Shown here in pieces: positions 13,550-31,200 of a stretch of 64,000 nucleotides of DNA. The notes below the pieces were generated by a model, which was not told the origin of the DNA, did no database searches, and saw nothing but the letters and a program-made list of their open reading frames with translations. The position numbers and the translations under genes were made by a program. Within the stretch, counting starts at the first letter, position 1; each line of letters starts with the position of its first letter. The stretch is from Daphnia carinata (Eukaryota), in NCBI RefSeq assembly GCF_022539665.2, contig NC_081333.1, forward strand, positions 9,300,001-9,364,000. Direction: 5' to 3'.

Positions 13550-14722
13550 TTTTAAGACGAAAACGATCCTGCACAAGAAAATTCATCATAATTTCATACA
13601 TACCGCTAGCAAAACAAGGTAACTAGATAATTAGAAATAAGATGATTAGAAATCAAAGAAAGAAAGTAGATTTTGCGAAACGCAGAATGCGAGTAATTTA
13701 GCTCTTGCACGGTTCCAAGCAACCACATGGGTCCAAGCAACCGCTTTGTACCTTCAAAAACACGGTTTAGTGCTTCGGAAACAAAGTGTTGAAATCGGTC
13801 TTTAACAAAGAGTAGAAACCCCTATTTGCTGTGTAATGTTAATAGATAAATACGTCGCCTCTGACACTGACGTCTGCTATACGTTATGTTGAGTTGAAGC
13901 ACCGCTTTAAAGACTTGTAGCTCATCCACATAATGTAACAAAATAGCAACTCACAATGACGCGGACTAAAATCGCCACTGTCATCATGCATTTGATTTCA
14001 AAAAGAAAAGCAGTATATTATAAGGAATCAGTTTACATAAGCTCTATTAATCTCTGGCGAGAAACACAAAAAAAATATACTTGTATTATGATAAACAATC
14101 TCGTTTCCAGATAACGATATAATGAAATGTGTAATTTGTTGTTTGAACTAAATAAATTCAAACGTCAAAGAGAGTTGTACAAGCGTTTTGAACAATAACA
14201 CTACTCATGGGAAAAAATCGTGAAATGTGATCGAAAGCCAAACACACACTAAACCCACGGAACCTATGATATTGGCCATCGTGTTCATTGACCAACTTCG
14301 TCTTTGGCATTCATAATAATTTATTTCATTATCGTCTATCAACAGGATAGGACACTGTTTCCCAATACAAAAAGAAACATAGTTTTTAACTTTACTTTTT
14401 ATTTTTAACAAATTCAACAAATTTCATACATCGTACATTCGTACACAGTGAACAAATTATTTTTATCAAGAAAATAATAAAAAAAAAGAGAAAGCGCCGT
14501 GGCCTTAGCGCAGAAGTCTCAGTAAGAAAAGGCATGCTTCCCTAAACACACAAATGAGATGAAAATCATTGTTTCACAAATTTCCCTTTCAGGTTTTAAA
14601 ATTCGGAAATAACCAAACTTTTTTCAGTTAGGTAATTTTCGTTTTTATGATACCAATAAGCCTACAAGTAAAGGAAATGTTAGGAAAATAGAATTCAGAC
14701 GCATTGGTATCACTGCAACAAT

Positions 14723-14730
14723 TATCGATA
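14723..14730. promoter_or_regulatory. DRE core-promoter element (TATCGATA) upstream of the eIF5 first exon
   Basis: Exact TATCGATA ~110 bp upstream of the first donor site (GAG|GTGAGT at 14844). DRE is typical of arthropod housekeeping promoters. Confidence 0.6.
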
Positions 14731-14799
14731 TCTAAGAATTCCTACCCTCCCCTTATTCTGTTTCATCAGATCTTTTTGCGTTTTCTCATTGTTCATGAA

Positions 14800-15784
14800 C
14801 GCATTACTTCACGATTAAGTCGGAGACGTCGATTATCCGTGAGGTGAGTAAAACATTGTTGGTCAATTACCCTTTAACGAACGAATTTTTACAATTTCTT
14901 CCTAAGAGTTGTCACCACAGTTCTCAAAAAAACAAATTAGCCAGCAATTGCCAGTCGCACCCAGTGTCGTGGTGTCTTCGCCTCTCGCCATTTCTTTCGT
15001 CAACCGTGGACCTACCTGCTCCCATTTATTCTTCACGCTGCGTGCGAAGTCCCTACGAAGGACATAACCAATTTTATATGAATTTGAATATCCATTCAGG
15101 TACTTGAAAATCCTTTTTAAACTAAAAATTTTCCTGTTGGAAGCCATTTTAACCTCATTTTCATTTCCCATACATCTTCCAGTTTTCAGCTTGAAGTATG
15201 TAACTTGAAATTTTTTATGTTTAACCCCTTACTAGATTTTTTACCATCAGTGGAGAGTCGTGGAGGTTGTTTAGCTGTTGTGTTCCAACCCCAGAAAACG
15301 ACATCGTGCATGTTGACTTCCAAACCTTGCCATCTGGCAAATCAGAGGTGAATTCAGTTTGGATACTGTAGGGCAAAATAAACTCTCAAACAATAATTTT
15401 TTTTTTCTTTCAGAATATCAAAATTTTCCAGTGGTCGTCACTGGAAGTTAAAGGAAATAAAGTCCTTTATCTGCACATCCTGAGTGGTGATCAAAACAGC
15501 TTTGACTTTCATGTCGTCAATCGTATTTGTTCTGAAGAGCAGGCCTTAAATTCCATGCTGGATTTTGATCCCAATCACAACATCTTTTCATACTTGATTT
15601 TGAGAACAGGCCCTTCTCCTATTTTTGATAGTAGGAGATTCATCAATCATCCCATCCTATTTTCGTGTTTATGCAATAGTAGCATATTTTCAGGTAAACT
15701 TGCTTCGTAGTATTAAAGCTTCCATTAATTTCTAGAACAAAATTGTTTTAATAGGTAAATAAGAACAACAAATCGGTAGCTATA
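14800..15784 (+). other. Spliced 5' leader of eIF5 (exons ~14800-14843, 14907-15099, 15236-15347, 15414-15693, 15755-15784) carrying several uORFs
   Basis: Donors at 14844 (GTGAGT), 15100 (GTACTT), 15348 (GTGAAT) and 15694 (GTAAAC) with matching pyrimidine-rich acceptors. TSS is approximate and some acceptors have alternatives. Confidence 0.6.
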
Positions 15785-17355
15785 ATGGCTCTCAACGTAA
15801 ATCGAAACGTTTCGGATGCGTTTTATCGTTACAAAATGCCTCGCCTGTTGGCCAAGGTAGAAGGCAAAGGGAATGGCATCAAGACCGTCATCGTCAACAT
15901 GACCGAAATCGCTAAAGCACTTGGACGTCCACCAACTTGTAATATTTTATTACTTTATTGTTACCAAAGAAAAAAAATTAAATGCAAACATTCGTTTTCT
16001 CTGCAGATCCGACCAAGTTTTTCGGCTGTGAATTGGGAGCTCAAACGCAATTCGACATCAAGAACGATCGTTTCATCGTCAATGGTGCGCACGAGGCTGG
16101 GAAACTGCAGCAAATGCTTGACATTTTTATCAAGAAATTTGTCCTGTGTCCTGGTTGTGACAATCCTGAAACCGTCCTAACGGTATATGCTATCTCACAA
16201 TTTATCTTGCTAACTTTTCGTACTAACATATTTCAACTTAGGTCCATGCAAAAAAACAAACCATTTCACAATCTTGTAAAGCTTGTGGATATAATGGCCA
16301 ATTGGATATGCGCCACAAACTGACCACGTTCATCCTTAAAAATCCCCCTGGTATTTCCTCGTTCGCATAAAGTGTTTAAGGCTGAGTTGCTAACATACAT
16401 GTTCACTTATCAATAGAGTTAAGCCCTGCTGCCCAAGGAGCGTCTCTTACTGAAGGCAAGAAGGCCAAGCGAGGAAAGAAATCAGATGGCCAAAGCGGAG
16501 AGAAGGGCTCAGATGGATCCGAAAATGAATTAGACGCTACAAATGAGGTTGATGAAGATGATTGGGCCGTAGACGTTAGTGAGGCTGCAGTGAAAGCTCG
16601 TATGGAAGACTTGACTTCTGGCGCTAAAGGGCTAACTATTTCGGATGATTTGGAGAAAACTCCCAAAGAGCGCATCGATTTGTTCTATTCGTTTGTCAAA
16701 CAACGTCGCGATCAAGGAATGCTCTCGAAACCAGGTGCCGACAAGGACATAGTTTCGGAAGCTGAACGTCTGGATGTTAAGGATAAGGCACCACTAATAT
16801 TGTGTGAATTGATATTTGATAGCAATATTCTTTCCCAGGTAAAACCAGATAGTAGATTTATTGTTTAATTCGTCAGTTATTTCAAAATTGTAACGTATTT
16901 AGATGAAGACATACCGTTCCCTGCTTTCCCGTTCCACCCAGGGGAATCCAAAAGCACAGAAAGCATTGCTCGGTGGCGTTGAATGCATTATACAACTGAA
17001 CCAAACAACCTTATTGCCGAAAGTTCCACACATTCTTAAAGGACTTTACGATCTGGATCTGGTTGATGAGGAAGTCATGATCGATTGGGGTTCAAAGCCA
17101 AGTCGTAAATATGTCAGCAAAGAGCTCAATGCTGAAATTCTGGCTAAGGCTCAGGCGTTTATTACGTGGTTGAAAGAGGCAGAAGAAGAATCGGAGGACG
17201 ATTCCGATGACTCCGATGTTGAAATTGAATATGACGATCGAGCAAGACCTACCACCTTAATCGAGCAGAAGAATGCAACTCCGCAGTTGGCTAAAACGGC
17301 TGTTAAGGTCAAGAGTGACGACAATGAAGATGATTTAGATATTGATGCCATCTAA
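15785..17355 (+). CDS. EIF5: Eukaryotic translation initiation factor 5, multi-exon
   Basis: [52 protein letters not shown], a C2-C2 zinc ribbon (CPGCDNPET...CKACG) and a W2 domain with AA-boxes ([27 protein letters not shown]), ending DDLDIDAI*. Confidence 0.97.
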
Positions 17356-17870
17356 AGATAGACATGGATTTCTTGGTTCAAACAGTATATTTGTTAGTGG
17401 TGCCTGGGACTTTCTTCTTCTAGCACTGTAGCCCTGGATTTAAGACTGGAACTAGGCGTTTTTTTTTCTTGTTTTCGCGTTTCCTTCTTTGCTTCGTTAA
17501 CTTTCACTTCATAAAATTCTTTGGGCCATGTTGTGTTAATCTGTCGATGGCCATCACATTCAATTCCCTTATAGAATTTGCTGTTCGTTCTTCCATTAGA
17601 GCCCCACCCCCTTAAAAAAATACACAAGATTTTCATCCAGTTGTATACTACATTCATTGTCAGTTTTTTCATTAAATATTGGAACTCATGTTAACCAAAC
17701 CGCTTAAAGATTGCTTGGCGTTCTGCAGGAGGAAATGAATTATTATTTGGCGGGCGTGTACACTATGATTGGTCGCAAAATACTAACTGAATACCGAGAT
17801 GTAACGCAGATGAATGTTTTACATCTTTTTAGTTAAAAAGCTATGTTGTTTTAAACTGCATTGTCTTATG

Positions 17871-17878
17871 TATCGATA
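17871..17878. promoter_or_regulatory. DRE element (TATCGATA) in the eIF5-KLC intergenic region, probable KLC promoter
   Basis: Exact TATCGATA ~220 bp upstream of a GTAAGT donor at ~18099 that plausibly ends a non-coding first exon of KLC. Confidence 0.5.
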
Positions 17879-19418
17879 TATACTGCGTACCCGCGATAGG
17901 GAGGTATCGGAATGGTTTGTCAAGTCATACTCGTACATACCGCAACAAAAACTGGCAGCACAGACTACTTTTAGTAATGGTGGAAAAGGCGAAGTGACGT
18001 GTGCTCTACGAAACGATATTCAGCTCGTACGGAATCTGAAGAGTATCACGTCGAAATTAGTTAGTGTCTTCGTTGTCTCCTAAACCGCTGCAGTCCTTGT
18101 AAGTTATATGCTTGAACACTAACACTAGTTCAAATTCTAAGGCGACATTCGTTCTCTAGCTTGTACAATGACTTTTGGAATGTATTCTACAAATACTAGT
18201 TGTATGACTAATGTTTTTTTCAAGTCTAATGGACGATGAGAACGAAAATCAGAATACTAGATGTTTTTGTCCAGTGAAAGATTGCTTATTGTATGTGTAA
18301 CTCTAGAGGAGCCATACTTGATGCAAGAAAACTAAAGTGAATGTTGAAAACCGCAGTCAGCAAAAATTTGAGTTAATTTCATTCTCGCTGGAAATCTGGT
18401 AATATTTCATTTTTGTTGTTATGAATCTGCTTACAATTATTCTGTGAGGCAGGCTGATACAAAACTGTACAGGCAAGAGATGACAATTCATTCCTTTCCC
18501 TTAGGCCCACTTTCACCTGACATTGGATTTACATGGCCATTGGTCTTATTTAATAAATGGAGGCCACCAGCTTTGCTTTCTTTGTTTTCCGTTTGTTTTC
18601 TCGCCCACTTCCGCTGCGGCTTTATGATGTACCTGTTCCTGCCTCAAACCAGGGGACATCGGTAACGCCGAGTGCTTTCCATGTTTTGGCCTGCAGCGAA
18701 CCTTCCATTCGTAAAGTTTTTATCGAGCCCATCTTCGATTGCATATAATCGTCAGTCACATCAGCTGATTTGTCTGCTTCATACTAGTGAAGAATTAACT
18801 TGCCATCTACTCATTGATATCATTTATTGATTCGAATCAAATGCGTCTCTCGTGTAAAGTCTTATCGCTCATGTGTGTTTCAGTATATCATCTCAACTCA
18901 GAATCACCAACCGTAGCAATCCTTGTTTCTTAAGACTTTTGAGCTAGACTAGACTGTCTTACAAAATGTATATGGAATCGATAGTTTGGAGGCCGATCCG
19001 GTACACTACCTTGCGAGTGGTTTGCGGGTTTTACGCATCGGTTCGGACGGCGCACGGGCATGCGCGTTGTTGCCCTTCTCGGTCTGAGAAAAAGAATCAA
19101 TATAGCGTGAAGGTAATGTGCTGGAGTTTCGGTGAGTGTATGACGTGTCGTTGCTCTCGGGATATGAAGGCCGTATCGTGTTCTTTCTCGTCCTTTAGAA
19201 GTAAACCTTAAAAAACGCGTGCTGTTGTGTCCCCGTATCTTCCCTGTTTGTGGGGTTGATACAGAGGATTGCCGAATCCTAGCGGTTTCATGCGGTCTTG
19301 GTGATAACTTTTAAACTGTGAAAAAGTGCGAGTAGATCCCCGTATTTTGGAAACAAGAACTCTACTAGAAGCTGTTAAGTATCCACCGTCTAATGTTTTT
19401 TAGGAAAACGTGGCGGTG

Positions 19419-25283
<5,865 letters not shown>

Positions 25284-25693
25284 CATCGGCCACCTCTTAT
25301 GCGCTGTTCAACGATATTTTGGCTCATTTCGTTTCCTTTTGCACCTCTGTTTATTCTTTCGTTAAACTGTGATTTTGCAGTCCTAAATCATTTAGTTATA
25401 AATGACAACCTAATTGATTTGACACCCTCTTCTGTGAGGCTTTATTTGTCTGACGGAATCACGTATTCCTGCTTAACTGAAGTTGCGTATTCCACACTTT
25501 TTCCTTATGTGCGACAGCTGAGAGATTGCTAATGCGCATTATTTTGATTGATTTCACCTGACTTCCATGCGTAATCGCCGTCACAGTGGTATTTCGTTGC
25601 TCTGCGTCACATTTGGGAAACTATAAACTTCCCGTTATAAATTAGTGCTGTTTGAAGACTCGCGCGAACCATGTATTTGAGAATAACTTGAAT

Positions 25694-25699
25694 AATAAA
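25694..25699 (+). terminator. Candidate polyadenylation signal (AATAAA) of the KLC long isoform
   Basis: AATAAA ~410 nt after the 25283 stop, followed by U/GU-rich sequence. Confidence 0.45.
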
Positions 25700-25959
25700 T
25701 ATTACTTGCTTTGATTTCTGCGTACGTTTCTTCATAGTTTGTGGCTACGATCTACGCAACGCCAAATTTTCCGATAGGGATTCAGCCAATTGAGATCATA
25801 TAGTACACCACCGACGTATACTGACGTAGAGAACATGCTCAAATTTTACGTATAACCTCTTCAACAAATACACCTACGCCCATTCTTACCTGAAATTCAA
25901 AATCCTCGTTCATTTCGGTCACAATAGTTAAGTTTGGTCCAATTCTGAGACATTACCCA

Positions 25960-26455
25960 TTTTCTCAAAATTGGAAAAACAGCAAAGGCTATAGCCTTCC
26001 CACTTTTGCGATTTTTGGTCAAAACCCAACTTTGGCAAAAAACACATCCTTTCCATTCGAAATTAAATGAGGAACACGAAAAACAGGTTTGTTTTGAAGT
26101 GAGATCGAATATTTCTGCTGCATCGCGCTAGCGCTGTAGCGTACCGGCGTGCTAGCATTGTGTCAAATACTCGATTAAAAAAAAAAACGATTAACTTAAT
26201 GAAAAAATAGCAATTTTATCGGAATCAGCATTCAATTTTGAGTGTACCCTGTGATGTTCAACCAATTCCGGTGAGTGTCGGTTTTTGCAGAAAAAAGTTT
26301 TAAGCCCGACTAAATATAAGCCCGACTTTTCTTATTTTTTGCACGAATATTCGGTGTAATTCAAAAACGGCTAACTTGACAAGAAAACGAGTGGCTTTTT
26401 CTGAATCAGCGTTAAATTTTGATTATACTGTGGGATTTTCATCAAATTCCAATAG
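25960..26455. repeat. Diverged partial copies and subunits of the same repeat family
   Basis: AAGGCTATAGCCTTCCCACTTTT at ~25985. Two related ~90-nt blocks (GAATCAGC.TT.AATTTTGA...AATTCC...TGTC..TTTTTG) at ~26190-26287 and ~26370-26467 also resemble the end of the 321-bp unit. Confidence 0.7.
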
Positions 26456-27399
26456 ATGTCATTTTTGACCGATTTTGACAAAAGTGGGAAGGCTATAGCC
26501 TTCTCACTTTTTCATTTTTGGCTAAATCCTAGTTATGACTTTAAATACATGATTTCGATTTCAAATTGATTGAAAATCATAAAAATCAAGATGGTTTTGG
26601 CGTGGGAACTATAGTTTCTGAAATAAACGTAAAAAACGGATGAATAAAGTTGTTGCGCTAACAGCAATTGTGTTCCGTTAAGTTCCAAAACAAGTGATTA
26701 GGCAACAAAACAAATGGAATTTGAAGTCACCGTTCAATACTGATTGTACATGGTGAATATCTTTCAATTCCGAGAGATGTCATTTTTTTCAGATTTTGAC
26801 AAAAGTGGGAAGGCTATAGCCTTCTCACATTTTCATTTTTGGCTAAATCCTAGATATGACTTTAAATACATGATTTCGATTTCAAATTGATTGAAACTCA
26901 CAAAAATCAAGATGGTTTTGGCGTGGGCATTATAGTTTCTGAAAAAAATGTAAAAAACGGACGAATAAAGTTGTTGCACTAACAGCAATTGTGTTCCGTT
27001 AAGTTCCAAAACAATTAATTAGGCAACAAAACAAATGGAATTTGAAGTTACCGTTCAATACTGATTGTACATGGTGAATTTCTTTCAATTCCGAGAGATG
27101 TCATTTTTTTCAAATTTTGACAAAAGTGGGAAGGCTATAGCCTTCTCACTTTTTCATTTTTGGCTAAATCCTAGATATGACTTTAAATACATGATTTCGA
27201 TCGGAAATAGCTTGAAAATGACAAAAATCAATGTTAATTTGACGTAGGCCTTATAGTTTCTGAAATAAATGGAAAAAACGACTGAACACAATTATTGTGC
27301 TAAAAGCAATATTGATCCGTTAATTTCCAAAACGATTGCTAGATGAGAAAACAAATAGAATTTTAAATTTTCATGAAAAAATTCAGACGAAACGCGCAT
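26456..27399. repeat. Tandem repeat, ~3 copies of a 321-bp unit, each with a 32-bp near-perfect palindrome
   Basis: GACAAAAGTGGGAAGGCTATAGCCTTCTCAC starts at 26477, 26798 and 27119 (spacing 321, 321). Flanking sequence is nearly identical between copies; the third copy diverges distally. Confidence 0.95.
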
Positions 27400-27552
27400 T
27401 CGTATCATATTTAGTCAAATATCTCTGAAGATGAACAGCTTATGTATATGGATATGGAAAATAGGGTTTTTTTTTAATTTCCAAAACGATTGCTAGATGA
27501 GAAAACAAATAGAATTTTAAATTTTCATGAAAAAATTAGACGAAACGCGCAT
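27320..27552. repeat. Direct duplication of ~80 bp (27320-27399 and 27474-27552)
   Basis: TTAATTTCCAAAACGATTGCTAGATGAGAAAACAAATAGAATTTTAAATTTTCATGAAAAAATT(C)AGACGAAACGCGCAT occurs twice, differing by one indel. Confidence 0.9.
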
Positions 27553-28216
27553 GAGAGTCCTATACGAAATGCTAAACTGAATATCACAAGACCTTATATT
27601 TTCTTATCCAATTTTGAGAATGTCAACGATATCTGTGGACACACAAATCAAAAACCCTGCTTTAACAGTCCGAAATACCGAAATAGCCGATCGAGCAGAC
27701 TGCCCCCAAACAAATCATGAAATAAAAAAGAAGAAAACGTCGATAGCATTCTGGCCATAGTCAGGTACATCTGTTAAGAGTGACAAATGCACCCCGTCCT
27801 CTGTCAACTTCCTGAACATGGAACTAAACAGAAGAAAAGAATATGTTTACCTATGTGTGTGTAAGGAAAAGAATGGCTTTTATTTCGCTGAATTTTTACG
27901 GTATCTCAACCGCTACATGGAATTGTTGTCTTTCTTTTGTGGAGACGAGAAAAACTGAAGTAACTAGAAACAAAACAGAACTCATTCCAATGTCAAAGGT
28001 TTGACGATTAGCGAATATGGCAATAGAGAAAATGATTACTGATCGAACGTACATCACACGAAAGCAAGTTATAAACTATTTCTACAAGCAAGTTATATAT
28101 ATAATTATAATCGCGGGGAAACGAAAATGCCTTTCTAAAGTTAACCAGCAGAAAACGAAGGATACTTTTTTAGGATGTCATCGATATTCAATATTTGTAC
28201 TGCTGTTGCCTAGTTA

Positions 28217-31200
28217 TCAATCCTTTTTGGCCAGACTAAGACGTCGTACGTTGGGGATATCATATTCCTCCATGGACATGGCACGAGATCGTCTGCGACC
28301 AGCCTCCAAGTCTTGGGCGTCCGAGCCTGAAATTTTTTTATTTAAAAATGATGATGTTAAGCAAAAGTGGTACAAAGCTTTTATTTTGGGCTGATGTTTG
28401 GACTCACTTTGCGATGTGGTGCGACTGCGAGAGCTCCAACTTCCAGTTACCGAAAGGGAGCTCAACTTTCCAAGCCCCTGGACATAGAGAACCAAGTTGT
28501 GCGCAAACTTCTCCGGCTGGAAAAAAAAATCACACATAAAACGATTTATTTACGAATTTTCTTACGGCACTATTTCAATTGTATGCTATAAAATTAAAAT
28601 AATAGCAAGTGGAGAAAAAAGTATGTGGCGTAAAAGAATAGGATAGCCTCCCCCATTTATTCGCCTACTTGGTCAAGGAGAGGGGAGCCGAAGTGTCCTT
28701 TTAATGTAATAAAGGCCAAATTACTGACCACAAATGCTGTTGCACTCATGGTCAGCCTCATTTTCTGACACTGAATAGCCTCATATTAGGTTTCGTTTAC
28801 AGTCCTGACCGTGGCGACGAAAAGGGAGGTGTCCAGTTCGATTACTTCGACGTCAACGACGTCAGCTGTTCGCGCAAAAGTGGAAAACGAAATACAGCAA
28901 TAGCAGATGAACTTACAGCTTCCATGAGAACGTCGCCTACGCCGTCAATTAAGACGAGCGTCGATTTTGTCTTGTTCATGTGATTGGCCATGGTGCGCAC
29001 TGTGTGTAAATGAGAAGCCAAGCTTCCGGCCACCAGCATGACGTCAGTCTTGAGCTGCGACTCGAGCACTTCGCTTAAATCCGTCCGACTGCATTATACA
29101 GAGAAAATATTTAAAAAACAAAGAATTTGAATACGTTGGCTAATAATAACCAGATGAAAGCCTAGTCTTTTAAGCCAATCAAAAGAAACTGAGCCTTCGA
29201 TATCTATGTCGTACAGTCTTTGTTAGCATTAGGTAGGATTTAAAATAATACTCAAGCTGTTCCCTTAATATCACAAAGTCAAGAAGAAGGGAATAAAAGC
29301 ACCGCAAAAGACAAGATTGATTGGCAAAGAAAGAAGAAAGCCTATGCAAACCGAAAATAAAAGGACGACATGCAATCAGTTTCTGTCTGCAGTAGGTCTT
29401 CCAGTACAGCATGTTGCATCATTAAGAACACTGTCGTTTGATGCACTTGTGTACGAAAAAGATTGTGAAACAGCCATGACACACGATTCCTCCAAACTAC
29501 TTTTTCATCTCCCCATTTATCTCTTCCTTTCTTTCGTCCACATTGCCGATTCACGCCACTTTCTCGTCCTTTAGAAATATATCTTTAAAATAAAATAGGA
29601 CAGAAAAGAAAAAAAAAGAAAAGAGGAACGAATTGCATTCTCACTTCGGTGAGCCAGCAGGAGTATAAAAGAGAAGTAGCAAGCTGATTACATGGAAATA
29701 GAAAGGGCAATAGGGCGTCAATGGAATAAAAAGTAATCCACTAGCTATGCCACCCGGATCTTGTGAACGAAAAGAAAAAAAAAAGGAATTGGAAAAGACA
29801 GGAGAAGCTGGCCACTAATAGACCCTAGGGTACAATCAAAGAACGTAGTATGGTGCTGTGGTCAATACTTGAGAAAGGTCTCCACATAGCGACGCAGATT
29901 CTTTGGGTTGATCGTACTGCGCAACTTGTGCTGGTACTCCATGATAACCTTTTCTTTGTTCTCCGACCGTTCCAATTGCTAAAATTCACAAGACAAGAAA
30001 CATGAGATTCTCCCTACTAAAAATGATTACGGTATGAAAAAGACATTAAAGTAAATAGTATTTTTTTTTTTTTTTGTGATGCCCTTCCCCAGAAAGAATG
30101 CTCTGATTGAATTTTGGGTTTCTCTCCTTTTTTTTTTGTGTCTTTCTGTGAGATACTGGGTACATGGGAAAAAGATAATTTTATGTTTCTTACCTCTTCC
30201 AACGACTGCAACGCACAAGGACGTCGTTCGTAACCCATAGAGACGTCACCCCGGTGGCGTTCACGACACGCAAACAAGGAAAAAAAAAAAAAAGAAGGAG
30301 CGGCAAATGAGACAAATTATTTCATTAAATAGTTTTTTAACGACTTTTTTAGTTGACTGCAAATAATTGAAAATGTCAACACACACAAAAAAAGTAGTTC
30401 ATGGACATTTCAACAGCAAACCCACAAAAATAAGAATTACTACAGCGCTACACAAAACCTCTCCAAAAAATTGATTAGGCTTTGTTGTAGTTGATCGGTG
30501 TCGTGAGACTAAACCCTTCCATGAAAGTCTGTCACGCTCAGGCCATTAAATAGAAGACTGAGAAAGCGAAAGAAGACGCTTCCCCGGTGATGATTAAATT
30601 AACGCGACAATCATTTAAGGCTCAGACAGAAAATACTTTGCGTAACGCGACATGGTAAAGAAAATGAGCCCCCCACAAGAAATGGAAAGGCTGAAAGAGA
30701 AGCTGGATAAGTAAAAATTACGGTAACTTACACGGCCAAATTTGTGAAAGACCAAATACTGCTCGGCGGTTGGATTCATCCCGACGTTCGTCAGCTTCCA
30801 GTTGATCAGCTGGTATGCATAAAGGCCGTAGAAAGTGAAGGCGTGCGTAAAAATGAAAGGGAAATCAATTAGCCGCACAAGAGAGGAAGAATTACATTTC
30901 AAATTCGTCCGCAATTCGTTAGTTTCTCTTTAATAATGTCTTGCAATGCTTGGGTTTCCTGCCTCGTTTGACATGTCAGTCACGCACAAGTTCGTTTTCC
31001 GTTCGTTCTAAATGGAAAGCAGGAAATCTTGACGGTAAAGCCATCAAACAAAAGGACGCTGATGCAATCACTATGTATCCCAAAAGTGAAACAACAATTT
31101 AAATCCGTTTAACGGATGAAAACGGAATTTTCTTGTAAAACTAAACGCGTGCTTTTTTTCCCCGGTGGCTTTGCCGGTCATGAGAATCCCGCTGCATAAA

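Noticed and set aside
13760..14100. Antioxidant response element (TGACnnnGC) in the GCLC promoter
   Set aside because: TGAC cores are present but none has GC at the correct spacing.
26456..27399. CRISPR-like array (regularly spaced palindromic repeats)
   Set aside because: Intervening sequences are near-identical and ~290 bp long, the context is eukaryotic and there are no cas genes; it is a tandem repeat.
25860..27620. Terminal inverted repeats or target-site duplication bounding the repeat array
   Set aside because: No convincing TIR pair or TSD found by eye, so it is not called a mobile element.
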